Position numbers and translations under genes: made by a program. A stretch of 64,000 bases of DNA, taken from NCBI GenBank assembly GCA_021741705.1, contig JAIOXP010000002.1, forward strand, positions 7,499-71,498, written 5' to 3'. Source of the stretch: Rhodoluna sp. (GTDB lineage: Bacteria > Actinomycetota > Actinomycetes > Actinomycetales > Microbacteriaceae). Shown here one piece after another: positions 20,658-31,311 of this stretch (positions are counted from its first letter, which is position 1; each line of letters starts with the position of its first letter). Below the pieces are notes generated by a model. It did no database searches. It saw only the letters and a list, made by a program, of their open reading frames with translations, and had not been told where the DNA came from.

Positions 20658-22013
20658 CTAGTTCTTCATGTTGACAAAACGCGAGTAGTTACCCTGGAAG
20701 GCAACAACGACTGTTCCGGTGGGGCCCGAGCGCTGCTTGGCCAGAATAAGGTCTGCTTCTCCCGCTCTTGGGTGATCGGTGTCACCTGCTGCTTCGCGGT
20801 GGAGCAAAACAACAACGTCAGCGTCTTGTTCCAGCGATCCGGATTCACGCAGGTGAGAAAGTTCTGGCTTCTTATCCTTTGTCTGCTCCGCTTGACGGTT
20901 CAGCTGTGACAAGGCGACAACTGGAATTCCTAGTTCTTTAGAAAGCAGCTTCAGTGCACGAGAGAACTCGCTAACTTCCTGCTGCCTGGATTCAACTTTC
21001 TTTCCAGAAGTAAGTAGCTGCAAGTAGTCAATGATCACCATCTTCAACCCAACTCGCCCTGCAAGTCTTCGACACTTGGCACGAATTTCAGCAAGAGTCA
21101 TGTTTGGTGAATCGTCAATGTAAAGGGGCGCGTCGTTTATGTTTCCGCGGACCTGTGCCAGCTTGGTCCAGTCGCTGTCTGCGATATTTCCTTTACGCAT
21201 GGACTGCAATGGAATCATTGATTCCGCAGAAAGCATTCGCATGGCAATTTCTGCTCGACCCATTTCGAGCGAGAAGAAAAGTGTTGGCTTGTCAGACTTG
21301 ATAGCCGCATTTCGAGCCAGGTCAAGAGCGAATGTCGACTTACCCATTGCAGGTCGCGCAGCAACAATAATTAGTTGACCTGGGTGCAAACCATTTGTTA
21401 GTGCGTCCAGTTCTGTAAAACCAGTTGGAACACCAACTAGATCTCCTTCTTTGGCAGATGCTGCTTCAATTTCGGCAATGGCCGCTTCTATGGAGTCATT
21501 TAGTGCAACGAAGTCTTCGCTAGAGCCAGTGCGAGTAACTGAATAAACATCTTCTTGTGCTTGGTTTACAAGTGACTCGACTTCACCCTCGTTGGCATAG
21601 CCAAGCTGAGCAATTCTTGTTCCAACTTCTACCAGTCTGCGTAGCGTGGCTTTTTCCTGAACAATCTTTGCGTAGAAGGCTGCGTTTGCTGCAGTTGGAA
21701 CAGTGCTAGTAAGTGTGTGAAGGTAGTCAGCACCACCTGCGCGCACCAAGGTGCCAGTTTTTACCAATTGATCGGTAACGGTGATGACGTCGGTAGGTTC
21801 ACCCATTCCGTAAAGAGTAAGTAGCGCATCAAAAACAATCTGATGTTTTGGTGCGTAGAAATCATTTCCTCGGATATGTTCAAAAACTTCCGCTACTGCT
21901 TCCTGGGAAAGAAGCATGGCACCCAAGGTGCTTTGTTCTGCGAGAAGATCGTGCGGCAAGACTCGGTCAGTTGAGCGCCCGGGTTCAACCGGAAGTACTG
22001 GCGCCAATGACAT
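20658..22013 (-). CDS. dnaB: Replicative DNA helicase (no intein)
   Basis: PHDLLAEQ, AARPAMGKS, IDYLQL, LSQLNR, LRESGSLEQDAD. Confidence 0.98.
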   Translation of the reverse strand: MSLAPVLPVEPGRSTDRVLPHDLLAEQSTLGAMLLSQEAVAEVFEHIRGNDFYAPKHQIVFDALLTLYGMGEPTDVITVTDQLVKTGTLVRAGGADYLHTLTSTVPTAANAAFYAKIVQEKATLRRLVEVGTRIAQLGYANEGEVESLVNQAQEDVYSVTRTGSSEDFVALNDSIEAAIAEIEAASAKEGDLVGVPTGFTELDALTNGLHPGQLIIVAARPAMGKSTFALDLARNAAIKSDKPTLFFSLEMGRAEIAMRMLSAESMIPLQSMRKGNIADSDWTKLAQVRGNINDAPLYIDDSPNMTLAEIRAKCRRLAGRVGLKMVIIDYLQLLTSGKKVESRQQEVSEFSRALKLLSKELGIPVVALSQLNRQAEQTKDKKPELSHLRESGSLEQDADVVVLLHREAAGDTDHPRAGEADLILAKQRSGPTGTVVVAFQGNYSRFVNMKN

Positions 22014-22110
22014 TTAGTGCTCCTGAATGGAAATGATGTTTTCGGGTAAAAAGCTTGCGCTTACTTACTTGTCTAGCATCCACCACTGACAACTATCGAT
22101 AAAGCCACGG

Positions 22111-22240
22111 TGTGTATAAAGCTGTGGATAAACCTGGGGAAACACTCTAATAACTTACCTTTATCTGTGGAGACAGCTGTGGGTAAATGAGTGCTAAAGA
22201 ACCCAATAGCAGTGATCTGTTGGGGACTGGATGTGGAAAA
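22111..22240. promoter_or_regulatory. Cluster of co-oriented DnaA boxes upstream of dnaB
   Basis: TGTGTATAA 22111, TGTGGATAA 22123, TGGGGAAAA 22135, TGTGGAGAC 22166, TGTGGGTAA 22178, TGTGGAAAA 22232. Confidence 0.75.
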
Positions 22241-22565
22241 CAAATATGGGTGAAAGTCTAAAGACCCCCCTGAGGGTCGGTTTGGAACAAGTTTGTATCG
22301 GTTAGCAAATTCTTTGGGGAATTCAAGAAGGTCAGCTAAAAGTGCCCGGTTAAATCCGGGAGAGCAATTGTCAACAATTACAAGACAGAAATCCTGGGGG
22401 TTTGCGCTTCCGGGTCTTGAATACGCTCCTTGATGTACTGCTCACCTCCTATTGGGATAAAAGCGCTTTTGACTGAAGTCCCTGCTGGAAAGTGAGCTAC
22501 TTGGTCCCAGTAAGGCATGAGCTATTATTCAGTGAGGCAAACGACTACTAAACCTAGGAGATTTC

Positions 22566-23633
22566 TTGGCTAGCACGAGTGTTTCGGTAGTCATCGCGTT
22601 CTACAACGGATCTCGTTGGATAAAGCGTGCACTGGAAAGTGTTCAGAATCAAACAATGCCGCCTAACGAAGTTATTGTGGTCAACGATGGCTCAAGCGAA
22701 GATGAGTTAGGGTTTCTAGTCGGTCTCCAACAAAGCTTTAACTTCCAAATCCTAAATCAAGAAAATTCTGGCCAGTCTGCTGCTAGAAATTTGGGAGTTT
22801 CCAAAGCAACCTCGGATTACATTTGCTTCCTGGATCAGGACGATTACTATCGTCCTAAACACAATGAATGCCTTCTGGCAAATGCCGATTTCGAAGATCT
22901 AAAATTTGGCTTCTCCTATGGTGACCTATGGCGATCAGATGAAGCGGGCCGAATCCTTTCGCACTCCTCTGTAAACGCGGATATTGAACACCCGCACACA
23001 AGTCTCAATACTTTGGTTGGCAAAAACATGTACATCGTTCCTTCGGCCACACTAATTAGTAGAACTGCCTTTTTGGCAGTAGGTGGTTTCGATCCCAAAC
23101 TTCGCGGCTACGAAGATGATGATTTGTTTCTTAGATTCTTCTTGGCTGGATATTCAAGCAAGTTCACGCCCGAAGCGGTTACGGTTTGGACCATGAACAC
23201 TACAAGTACCTCATTTACTGAATCCATGGCTCGAAGCAGATTCATTTACTTCAAGAAGTTGCTTAATACCTTCCCAGAAAGTTCGGTTTTCGGGAACCAT
23301 GTTTTTGGAGACTTAATGTTCCAAAGGTTCGCCTATCAATTTGCAGGAGATGTAATTGAGTCCGCGTTTAAAGGCGGCGAAAACTATGAAGAGCGATTGT
23401 CCAGGCTCAAGGAGTTCAGGTCGATTGTGCGAGCAAGTAACGAAATCACAGCCCGCGGGAAAAGAAAATACCTTTTCATAACTTTTCCGATAGTTAAATT
23501 CAGCAAGAAAATTCTTAGGTTATTTCTCTTGATCATTCTTCGGTCTGGCCTTTTGTCAGTCCTGGCCCGGCTTCCCTCTAAGGCTCTTCGTGAGTTCGGC
23601 GGTAGGTACCTACCGCGAAAAAAGGATCTCTAA
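22566..23633 (+). CDS. GT2 glycosyltransferase
   Basis: VSVVIAFYN, VVNDGS, ARNLG, FLDQDD, GGFD...EDDD. Confidence 0.9.
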   Translation: MASTSVSVVIAFYNGSRWIKRALESVQNQTMPPNEVIVVNDGSSEDELGFLVGLQQSFNFQILNQENSGQSAARNLGVSKATSDYICFLDQDDYYRPKHNECLLANADFEDLKFGFSYGDLWRSDEAGRILSHSSVNADIEHPHTSLNTLVGKNMYIVPSATLISRTAFLAVGGFDPKLRGYEDDDLFLRFFLAGYSSKFTPEAVTVWTMNTTSTSFTESMARSRFIYFKKLLNTFPESSVFGNHVFGDLMFQRFAYQFAGDVIESAFKGGENYEERLSRLKEFRSIVRASNEITARGKRKYLFITFPIVKFSKKILRLFLLIILRSGLLSVLARLPSKALREFGGRYLPRKKDL

Positions 23634-24495
23634 GTCTGGCTCTGTTCTTTCGAAGAATACCTATAACGTCAGTTACTGCTCTTGAAAAACCCGAAACACT
23701 CAGAGATTTTGGTCTTGTTTGAGCCTCGCGGTGAATTAGCTCAGCCTTCACGCAGACGATGTTCTTGTAATCATGGTTTGAGCTACGAATAGAAATATCC
23801 ACATCATTAAATCCTGATGGGAAGCTTTCATCCAGGGCCCCTATTTCCCAAAACTTTCTTGTCGATATCATCGCACAAGCAAAAGTTACTGCACTGACTT
23901 GGAAGCAACTTTCGGGAACGCAATCATCTTTGGATTCGCCGCGATATGGGTGACCCGCAATTCCGGTATAGCCCAGAGCTATCCCCGTGTGTTGAATGGA
24001 TCCATTTGGATAGCTAAGAACGGCACCCACTAATCCACTACTACTTGTGGATGCATGCTCGACCATGGAACTTAGCCAGTTTTTAGAGACCGCCTCAGTG
24101 TCGTTGTTGAAAAAACAAAGGTAATCACCGGTGGCCTTAGTGGCAGCAAAGTTGCAGATTGCCGAGTAGTTAAAGACTCCAGGGTATTTCAGGATTGAAA
24201 TACCTTCGGATTCAAATTGGGCTAGAAGATCTTTAGTTTCGTGCTCGATTGATGAGTTATCAACAATTAGAAGTTCGTAGTTCGAGTAATTCGTATTTTC
24301 TCGAATCGACTCAATGCAAGCACGAAGCAGCTTGGGCTTGTCTCTAGTTGGAATAATGATTGAAACTTTGGGTTCGAGATTTTTGGTGTTGGACTGGGTG
24401 TCGTGGTCGTTATCAAAACTAACCAGGTTTGAAAGGTGCCAGCTTCTGGTGTCTAACTTGCGAGCCAAATAACCAAGTAGCGAAGAAACTAACAA
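23578..24495 (-). CDS. GT2 glycosyltransferase (putative rhamnosyltransferase)
   Basis: VSIIIPTRD, VDNSS, FNYSAICN, FNNDT, FNDVD. Confidence 0.87.
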   Translation of the reverse strand: MLVSSLLGYLARKLDTRSWHLSNLVSFDNDHDTQSNTKNLEPKVSIIIPTRDKPKLLRACIESIRENTNYSNYELLIVDNSSIEHETKDLLAQFESEGISILKYPGVFNYSAICNFAATKATGDYLCFFNNDTEAVSKNWLSSMVEHASTSSSGLVGAVLSYPNGSIQHTGIALGYTGIAGHPYRGESKDDCVPESCFQVSAVTFACAMISTRKFWEIGALDESFPSGFNDVDISIRSSNHDYKNIVCVKAELIHREAQTRPKSLSVSGFSRAVTDVIGILRKNRARLRDPFFAVGTYRRTHEEP

Positions 24496-24549
24496 GTCAC
24501 ACCTCCCTGTCGCTTTTCAATTCCAGTATTTTCATACCTGGGCTTGGGT

Positions 24550-25122
24550 TTAATACTTTGGAAGAAGTCCTTTTACATTTGCCTCTGCTAGAGAGTAAGC
24601 GTCTGTGTCTTTTGGGCTGGTCAAAAATTCTGATTTGCTCCATTTGTCAGCAAATGGGATTCCGATCTTTTCGTCCAGTGGATTTACCTCGTGTTCGGCA
24701 CTTGGGTTGTACGGTTCGCTGCACAGGTAATTAACAACCGTGTTGTCTTCGAGTGCAAGAAATACATGCCCTAAGCCCTCTTTTATTAGGACCGCTTTGC
24801 CGTTTTTTTCTGAGATGACATCGGCATCCCATTTGCCAAAGGTTGGGGAGCCGACTCTGATGTCAACAACAATGTCCCAGATTGACCCCCTGGGACAGAA
24901 CACATACTTTGCCTGACCTGGAGGAACGTCCGCCCAATGAATCCCACGAATTACTCCGGCCTTCGAAACAGATTGGTTGACTTGCTTCACCTGAAAATCG
25001 AATCCTAATGTTTCCGATATTGCGGATAGCTTGAACACCTCATGAAACGAACCACGTTCGTCGTCAAGTTTTTGAGGGGTGAAAACCCAGGAGCCCTCAA
25101 TGCTAAGCGGTGTGAAGCTCAT
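24550..25122 (-). CDS. rmlC: dTDP-4-dehydrorhamnose 3,5-epimerase
   Basis: DERGSF, QVNQSVS..GVIRGIH, GQAKYV, VDIRVGSPTFG. Confidence 0.95.
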   Translation of the reverse strand: MSFTPLSIEGSWVFTPQKLDDERGSFHEVFKLSAISETLGFDFQVKQVNQSVSKAGVIRGIHWADVPPGQAKYVFCPRGSIWDIVVDIRVGSPTFGKWDADVISEKNGKAVLIKEGLGHVFLALEDNTVVNYLCSEPYNPSAEHEVNPLDEKIGIPFADKWSKSEFLTSPKDTDAYSLAEANVKGLLPKY

Positions 25123-25174
25123 TTATCCCTCTGATAGTTTGATTATCCTAAGACTACCGAACGAAGGGAATTCC

Positions 25175-26008
25175 ATGCGATTTGCTGTGATTGGAAATCG
25201 CGGAATGTTCGGTTCAGAGATGATGCTCGTTCTGGCCGATAGAGGCCATGAGGTTTTGGGGTTTAATCGCGAGTCACTCAATCTAGATGATTCAATCGAA
25301 AGCATTTCTCGTCAGCTGGAAAATTTTGATGCAGTACTAAATGCTGTTGCTTACACAGCGGTGGACAAAGCCGAGTCAGAAATTGAGCTAGCAAATCTAG
25401 TGAATGGCGATTACGCGGGCAAGCTAGCCCGCGCATCAAAAATAGTTGGTGCTAAGTTTCTGCACCTTTCTACCGATTACGTATTTGACGGCAACTCTGA
25501 GATTCCCTACAAAACGAATGCGATTCCAAATCCCCAAGGCGCCTACGGTCGCTCCAAGTTACTAGGTGAAAAGCTAGTTGAAGAATCAGGTTCAAATTAC
25601 ACAATTTTCAGAACTGCTTGGCTCTATGGTGCACACGGAAGATGCTTTCCAAAAGTTATGCATGGGAAAGCTTTACAGGGTGAGCTGCTAAGAGTTGTGA
25701 ACGACCAGTTTGGACAACCTACCTGGACCAAAGACCTTGCCGAGCAGATTCTTAGTTACGCCCAACTAGAAAATGCACCCGCCATTGTCCACTCCGTATC
25801 TTCGGGTAAAGCAAGTTGGTTTGATTTTGCTTCTGAAGTAGTTGGTGATTACCCAATCGAGCCAGTGTCTAGTGGCGAATTTGTAACTGCAGCAAAGCGA
25901 CCAACATATAGTGTCTTGGACAACTCGAGCAATTTAGTCACGCCAATTGGTGATTGGGAAGAACGTTGGCTTGTGGCCAAAGGCGATGTATTAGGACTAC
26001 TGAAGTAG
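25175..26008 (+). CDS. rmlD: dTDP-4-dehydrorhamnose reductase
   Basis: [37 protein letters not shown]. Confidence 0.95.
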   Translation: MRFAVIGNRGMFGSEMMLVLADRGHEVLGFNRESLNLDDSIESISRQLENFDAVLNAVAYTAVDKAESEIELANLVNGDYAGKLARASKIVGAKFLHLSTDYVFDGNSEIPYKTNAIPNPQGAYGRSKLLGEKLVEESGSNYTIFRTAWLYGAHGRCFPKVMHGKALQGELLRVVNDQFGQPTWTKDLAEQILSYAQLENAPAIVHSVSSGKASWFDFASEVVGDYPIEPVSSGEFVTAAKRPTYSVLDNSSNLVTPIGDWEERWLVAKGDVLGLLK

Positions 26009-26857
26009 ATCCATCAGATACTTGCCATAGCCTGATTTGAGAAAACGATTCGCTTCTGCTTTTAGTTGAGCGTCGTCGATGTAACCAAGTCGCCAAGCAA
26101 TTTCTTCTGGAACTGAGATTTTTGTTCCCTGCCTGTGTTCGATAACCTTTACGAATTCTGCGGCTTCGTGGAGAGAATCAATGCTGCCGGTATCCAACCA
26201 GGCGGTACCACGATCAAGTTTTTCTACCTGTAATTCGCCTTTGTCGAGATAAGCCTTGTTCAGGTCCGAGATTTCAATCTCACCACGGGCTGAGGGCTTG
26301 AGACTCTTTGCAATCTCGGAAACTTTGTGATCGTAGAAATAGAGGCCTGGAATTACATATTTACTCTTCGGCTTGGTTGGCTTTTCTTCAATCGAAAGTA
26401 CTTTGCCCGATTCATCAAACTCGATGACTCCATAGTCCTGTGGGTTTTTTACTCGGTGGGCAAATACCGTCGCGCCTGGACGGCTCTTCATTCGACTAAG
26501 TGTCGAACCTAGGCCAGCCCCGTAAAAAATGTTGTCTCCAAGAACCAGTGCGACATTGTCGCCATCAATAAACTTTTCACCTATGACAAATGCATCGGCA
26601 AGACCCTTAGGTTCGGGTTGTTCTGCATAGCTAATCTTGATGCCCCACTGTGAACCATCTTTGAGAAGTCTCTTAAATTGCTCGGCTTCGTGAGGTGTGG
26701 TGATCACCAAAATTTCGACAATTCCCGCAAGCATCAGTGTGCTCAGTGGGTAGTAAATCATCGGCTTGTCGTATACCGGCATCAGCTGTTTAGAGTTTGC
26801 GATAGTCAGAGGGTAGAGCCTGGTTCCGGATCCGCCGGCAAGAATTATGCCCTTCAT
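25997..26857 (-). CDS. rmlA: Glucose-1-phosphate thymidylyltransferase
   Basis: [33 protein letters not shown]. Confidence 0.97.
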   Translation of the reverse strand: MKGIILAGGSGTRLYPLTIANSKQLMPVYDKPMIYYPLSTLMLAGIVEILVITTPHEAEQFKRLLKDGSQWGIKISYAEQPEPKGLADAFVIGEKFIDGDNVALVLGDNIFYGAGLGSTLSRMKSRPGATVFAHRVKNPQDYGVIEFDESGKVLSIEEKPTKPKSKYVIPGLYFYDHKVSEIAKSLKPSARGEIEISDLNKAYLDKGELQVEKLDRGTAWLDTGSIDSLHEAAEFVKVIEHRQGTKISVPEEIAWRLGYIDDAQLKAEANRFLKSGYGKYLMDLLQ

Positions 26858-26941
26858 TTTTCCCTTCACCGCGCTAAAGCTTTCGGCGCTCATCATTTCC
26901 CCAAAACATGAATCGCTCTGCTGATAGCCTATTACAGAGTC

Positions 26942-27889
26942 ATGGGAGGCATTTTGAAGGTTGTTGTCACCGGCGGAGCTGGATTTATCGGCTCAAACTT
27001 TGTCCGTAGGACACTCGCAACTCGCCCCGATGTAAAAATCACAGTTCTAGATTCTCTTACCTACGCCGGACGTCTTTCAAACCTAGAAGGCCTCGAGGGT
27101 AAATTCGAGTTTGTTCAAGGGGATATCTGCGACTCGAAAGTTGTGGAATCTGTTGTTTCAAAGGCAGATGTCGTTGTTCATTTCGCTGCCGAAAGTCACA
27201 ACGATAATTCATTGAAATCTCCGCGCCCGTTTATTGAGACAAACGTTTTCGGAACTTTCGAACTAATTCAAGCTTGTGTCAAAAACAACGTTCGAATACA
27301 CCACGTTTCAACCGATGAGGTCTTTGGAGACTTGGCCCTTGATGGAACAGACAAGTTCACTAGACACACCCCTTACAACCCTTCGTCTCCATACTCAGCT
27401 TCCAAAGCCTCGAGCGATCACCTGGTTAGAGCATGGGTTCGCTCTTTTGGTCTTCGGGCAACTATCTCTAATTGCAGCAATAACTTTGGTCCATACCAAC
27501 ACGAAGAAAAGTTAATCCCACGCATGATCGGCCTAATGAACTCCGGATCTAAGCCAGAGCTTTATGGAAATGGAGCAAACGTCAGAGACTGGATCCACGT
27601 CGATGATCACAACGATGGTGTTTGGGCTGTTATTGATAAAGGTGTTATCGGTGAGACCTACCTTCTGGGTGCAGACAATCAACGCTCGAACCTGCGGGTT
27701 GTTCAAGCGTTGCTTGAAATCATGGGCAAACCAAAAGACTGGATTGAATTTATTGGTGATCGTCCAGGCCACGACTTGAGATATGCGATTGATGCTTCGG
27801 CAACAGAAGCTGAGCTTGGGTGGAAGCCAAAGCACGGAAACTTTGAGGAAAAGCTAGCTGAGACGGTGGGGTTCTACGCGGCTAACTGA
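26942..27889 (+). CDS. rmlB: dTDP-glucose 4,6-dehydratase
   Basis: [40 protein letters not shown]. Confidence 0.97.
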   Translation: MGGILKVVVTGGAGFIGSNFVRRTLATRPDVKITVLDSLTYAGRLSNLEGLEGKFEFVQGDICDSKVVESVVSKADVVVHFAAESHNDNSLKSPRPFIETNVFGTFELIQACVKNNVRIHHVSTDEVFGDLALDGTDKFTRHTPYNPSSPYSASKASSDHLVRAWVRSFGLRATISNCSNNFGPYQHEEKLIPRMIGLMNSGSKPELYGNGANVRDWIHVDDHNDGVWAVIDKGVIGETYLLGADNQRSNLRVVQALLEIMGKPKDWIEFIGDRPGHDLRYAIDASATEAELGWKPKHGNFEEKLAETVGFYAAN

Positions 27890-27909
27890 TGAGCCCAAGT
27901 AAGGGTTCT

Positions 27910-28650
27910 CTAGCCGAAATAGTCTTGAACGATTTCTTTGGTGGGGCCAACTTTTTTCATTACTCCGTGTTCCATCCACACGACCTTGTTGCATGTTTGC
28001 TCGATCAATTCTCTATTGTGGCTTGCAATAACGAGTATTTCTGACTGGTTCACTAAATCTTGCAGTCTCTTACTTGCTCGATCGGCAAAGGCTCCATCTC
28101 CCACAGAAAGCCACTCGTCCATTATCAAAATGTCCGCAGACATTGAGGTTGAAACAGAAAATGCCAGTCTCAGAAGCATTCCAGAGCTGTATATACGAAC
28201 TGGCAAATTCACGTAATCGCCAAGTTCGGAGAACTCAATGATTTCGTCAATCTTTTGATTGATTTGTTTCTTTGAAAGGCCCATAAGTTTTCCACGAAGA
28301 AGGATGTTTTCCCTTCCGGTATTTTCTGGATTAATTCCGAGAGAAATATCCACCAAAGAGGAAATTGTGCCCGATCTTTCAACCGTTCCAGAACTTGGCT
28401 CGAACACTCCAGTAAAGAGTCTTAATAGGGTGCTCTTTCCAGCACCGTTGTGACCGATTACTCCAACCCTGTCACCAGGTTTAATCTCGAGATTCAGTTC
28501 TTTCAATGCTTCAATGCTTAGGTGGCCGCCTCGTTGAGCAGTTAGAGCTCCACCGGTTGCAGCACTCACAAGAGTATTAGTCAGTGATCTTGCAGATGAG
28601 TTGTAAATGGGAAGTACAACGGATGCGTTCTTTAGTCTTATGTGTGCCAT
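27910..28650 (-). CDS. wzt: Polysaccharide ABC exporter ATPase (no C-terminal carbohydrate-binding domain)
   Basis: GHNGAGKSTLL, YSSGM..RLAF, MDEWLSVGD. Confidence 0.9.
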   Translation of the reverse strand: MAHIRLKNASVVLPIYNSSARSLTNTLVSAATGGALTAQRGGHLSIEALKELNLEIKPGDRVGVIGHNGAGKSTLLRLFTGVFEPSSGTVERSGTISSLVDISLGINPENTGRENILLRGKLMGLSKKQINQKIDEIIEFSELGDYVNLPVRIYSSGMLLRLAFSVSTSMSADILIMDEWLSVGDGAFADRASKRLQDLVNQSEILVIASHNRELIEQTCNKVVWMEHGVMKKVGPTKEIVQDYFG

Positions 28651-28652
28651 GT

Positions 28653-29411
28653 CTATACCCAATACGCAATTCTTTTTTCGTACTTCTTGAATAGCAGAAG
28701 TCCGATTGTCCAAAGGGCTATTCCCAACGCCACAACCCATATCCAGTTTTCAAGAGATGGGTATTGACTGATCAGTGGCAGTCTCATCACCTGCAGAACG
28801 TGATACAGCGGATTTAGGCTCACAATGGTCTCAACTAGTTCGTTGTCCCCAAGGCTTTCTTTGATCCAAATAACTGGTGTTATGTAGAAAGCAACGGTCA
28901 AAGCAGCGCTGATGATTTGAGGGAGGTCTCTAAACCTTGTTGCCACAATTCCAAAAATCATAGCCATTCCCGATAAAGCGAACACAGCCAGCAAAACTCC
29001 AAGCGGCCACAAAAGTAATGCCCAGGTAACTCCACCGCCAAAGATGAGGATCACAACTGGCATGATCACGATGTTGTGGGCAGAAACAATGATGTTCCGC
29101 CAAACAACGCGAACCACATATACAATCTTTGGCAGCGGCAGCTGCTTGATCATTGCTTCTGCGACGATAAAAGCCTGGTTGCCTTCATTAAGAATTCCGG
29201 CAATCAAACCCCAAGTAATTAGTCCAGAGGCCAGGTAAGGAAGAAACACTTCTAGTGGCGTGTTGAATATAGTTCCGAAGACTATTCCAATAGCAGAAAT
29301 GGTTACTGCCATTCCGATGGTTATCCAAAGTTGACCAAAAACACTTCTTCGGTATGACTGTCTTATGTCTTGCCAGCCAAGCATCAAGCCAATTCCAAGC
29401 GTTTTTCTCAC
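28653..29411 (-). CDS. wzm: Polysaccharide ABC exporter permease
   Basis: DIRQSYRRS.FG..W, RFRD, TPVIW, NPLYH. Confidence 0.9.
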   Translation of the reverse strand: MRKTLGIGLMLGWQDIRQSYRRSVFGQLWITIGMAVTISAIGIVFGTIFNTPLEVFLPYLASGLITWGLIAGILNEGNQAFIVAEAMIKQLPLPKIVYVVRVVWRNIIVSAHNIVIMPVVILIFGGGVTWALLLWPLGVLLAVFALSGMAMIFGIVATRFRDLPQIISAALTVAFYITPVIWIKESLGDNELVETIVSLNPLYHVLQVMRLPLISQYPSLENWIWVVALGIALWTIGLLLFKKYEKRIAYWV

Positions 29412-29472
29412 CTGTTTTGACTCTCCTCTTAGTTAGAGTGCAGGAACTTTATAGACCTAAAGCAATAGCAGT

Positions 29473-29925
29473 TTACTTCTTGGCTACAACTTTTAGCTTG
29501 ATGGTTGCAACTAGGTCACCGTGTAATCTAACGGTTGCTAGGTACTCACCAACAGAGCGAATCGGGTTTGGAATTTCAACTTTGCGCTTGTCGATCTGAC
29601 CAAGGCCAGCTTCTGAAACAGCAGAAGCGATGTCGCCGGTCTTCACAGAACCAAACAGTCTTCCACCAACACCGGCCTTAACAGCAAGCTTCACAGAACC
29701 CTCTTCAAGTCTTGCCTTTAGAGTTTGTGCTTCTTCAAGTGTTGCTAGTTGACGTGCGTCACGAGCTGCACGGATAGAGCTAACTTGCTTTTCTCCACCC
29801 TTGCTCCAGGTAACAGCAAATCCTCTAGGCAGCAGGTAATTGCGTGCGTAACCGTTTTTTACTTCAACAACATCTCCAGCGGAGCCAAGGCCAGAAACCT
29901 CATTGGTAAGAATGATCTTTGACAT
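29473..29925 (-). CDS. rplI: 50S ribosomal protein L9
   Basis: [24 protein letters not shown]. Confidence 0.98.
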   Translation of the reverse strand: MSKIILTNEVSGLGSAGDVVEVKNGYARNYLLPRGFAVTWSKGGEKQVSSIRAARDARQLATLEEAQTLKARLEEGSVKLAVKAGVGGRLFGSVKTGDIASAVSEAGLGQIDKRKVEIPNPIRSVGEYLATVRLHGDLVATIKLKVVAKK

Positions 29926-29936
29926 GGGGTTTCTCC

Positions 29937-30194
29937 TTAGCGGCCAGCGCCAGCGTATGGCAACAAAGCCATCTCACGTGCGTTCTTGATAGCGGTTGCG
30001 ATTAGGCGCTGCTCTTGAACAGAGACGCCGGTGATTCTGCGAGCGCGGATCTTTCCGCGGTCAGAGATGAACTTTCTCAAGGTTGCAACATCTTTGTAAT
30101 CGATGATGCCAACCTTCATGAACTTAACTGGAGCTAGCTTGTCTAGCTTCGAGTTTCTAGTTGGTTTACGACGTGGGTCGGTTTTTCCAGCCAT
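29937..30194 (-). CDS. rpsR: 30S ribosomal protein S18 (Cys-free)
   Basis: IDYKD...[18 protein letters not shown]...AREMALLPY. Confidence 0.97.
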   Translation of the reverse strand: MAGKTDPRRKPTRNSKLDKLAPVKFMKVGIIDYKDVATLRKFISDRGKIRARRITGVSVQEQRLIATAIKNAREMALLPYAGAGR

Positions 30195-30217
30195 TTATTT
30201 CTCCTAGTTTCTAGTCT

Positions 30218-30724
30218 TTAAAAAGGTGTGTCGTCAGATGCAGGTGCACCTGGGTTAGCCCAGCCGTCATCGGCCTTGGCAGCTGCCGGAGCAGCTGGGG
30301 TGTTTGCCCATGGGTCTGATTGAACCTGTGCGGCTCCACCAGCTGGTCCACCCTCGCGAGCGCGACGGGTAACAGCTGCTGTTGCGTAACGAAGTGATGG
30401 ACCGATTTCTTCGATTTCCATCTCTAGTGATGCACGAGATTCTCCCTGGGCACTCTGGTAAGCAGAGGGTGCCTTCAAGCGTCCAGATACAACAACACGG
30501 GATCCTTTGGTTAGGCTCTGAGCTACGTTTTCCGCAAGTTCACGCCAGGCGGTGCAACGAACCCAAACAGTTTCGCCGTCCTCCCAAGTATTTGTGGTTT
30601 TGTTCATAGCTCTAGGGGTTGAACCAACTCGTACGCTGCAAACAGCGATGCCACCTTGGGTGTAACGAAGTTCTGGGTCGTCAGCCAAGTTGCCAACTAC
30701 TGTGATATTTACTTCTCCAGCCAT
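30218..30724 (-). CDS. ssb: Single-stranded DNA-binding protein
   Basis: VVGNL..DPELRYT, C-terminal DDTPF. Confidence 0.97.
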   Translation of the reverse strand: MAGEVNITVVGNLADDPELRYTQGGIAVCSVRVGSTPRAMNKTTNTWEDGETVWVRCTAWRELAENVAQSLTKGSRVVVSGRLKAPSAYQSAQGESRASLEMEIEEIGPSLRYATAAVTRRAREGGPAGGAAQVQSDPWANTPAAPAAAKADDGWANPGAPASDDTPF

Positions 30725-30726
30725 GA

Positions 30727-31188
30727 TTACTCAACCACCGCTGCTACTTCAGCCACAGCTTCTTGCTTCTTATAAGAAGGCTTGCTGTCTGAACGAGAAT
30801 CTGAACGAGAGTCAGATCTTGAATCTGAGTCACCCTTCTTGGCATATGGCTTACGGGCCGGACGCTCTGGAGAGAATTCAATAGGTGTGATAGTGAACTG
30901 AACGTCTTCTGCACGCAAAACCTTGGTGCGCATAACGGCTTCAGAAATATTTAGCTGACGGTCAAGCTCAATAACAGCTTCAGAAGGTGCGGTCATGTTA
31001 ATAACTGCGTAGATACCTTCGGTCTGCTTCTTGATTTCGTAAGCTAGGCGGCGTCTTCCCCAAATGGAAAGGATGTCGATTGTTCCCTTGGCGTCAGTGA
31101 TTACCTTGAGGAACTTCTGGATTGATGGTTCAACAGTTTTTTCCTCAACTGTTGGGTCGAGAATTACCATTACTTCATACTGATGCAT
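30727..31188 (-). CDS. rpsF: 30S ribosomal protein S6 with C-terminal extension
   Basis: [19 protein letters not shown]. Confidence 0.97.
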   Translation of the reverse strand: MHQYEVMVILDPTVEEKTVEPSIQKFLKVITDAKGTIDILSIWGRRRLAYEIKKQTEGIYAVINMTAPSEAVIELDRQLNISEAVMRTKVLRAEDVQFTITPIEFSPERPARKPYAKKGDSDSRSDSRSDSRSDSKPSYKKQEAVAEVAAVVE

Positions 31189-31246
31189 AGCTAACCCACC
31201 TCCTTTGGACTAGAGCGGCCATGGACGTTCCATGACAGGAGGGTAT
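31189..31246 (-). ncRNA. S6:S18 ribosomal protein leader (cis-regulatory RNA)
   Basis: CCTCCT can pair with the SD AGGAGG. Inner stem TCATGGA/TCCATGG followed by CCG, directly upstream of rpsF. Confidence 0.75.
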
Positions 31247-31311
31247 GTGGCATCTGTTTTCTTGATTTCTTTTCTTTATTTCAGAGCCGAAATCTAGGCA
31301 ACTTCACGAGT

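Noticed and set aside
22378-22518. 46-aa minus-strand ORF (MPYWDQVAHF...) in the dnaB-GT2 gap
   Set aside because: No recognisable motif and no clear translation signal; cannot be distinguished from a chance ORF
22014-22565. dnaB-upstream DnaA boxes as the replication origin
   Set aside because: No AT-rich unwinding element; a canonical oriC lies between dnaA and dnaN
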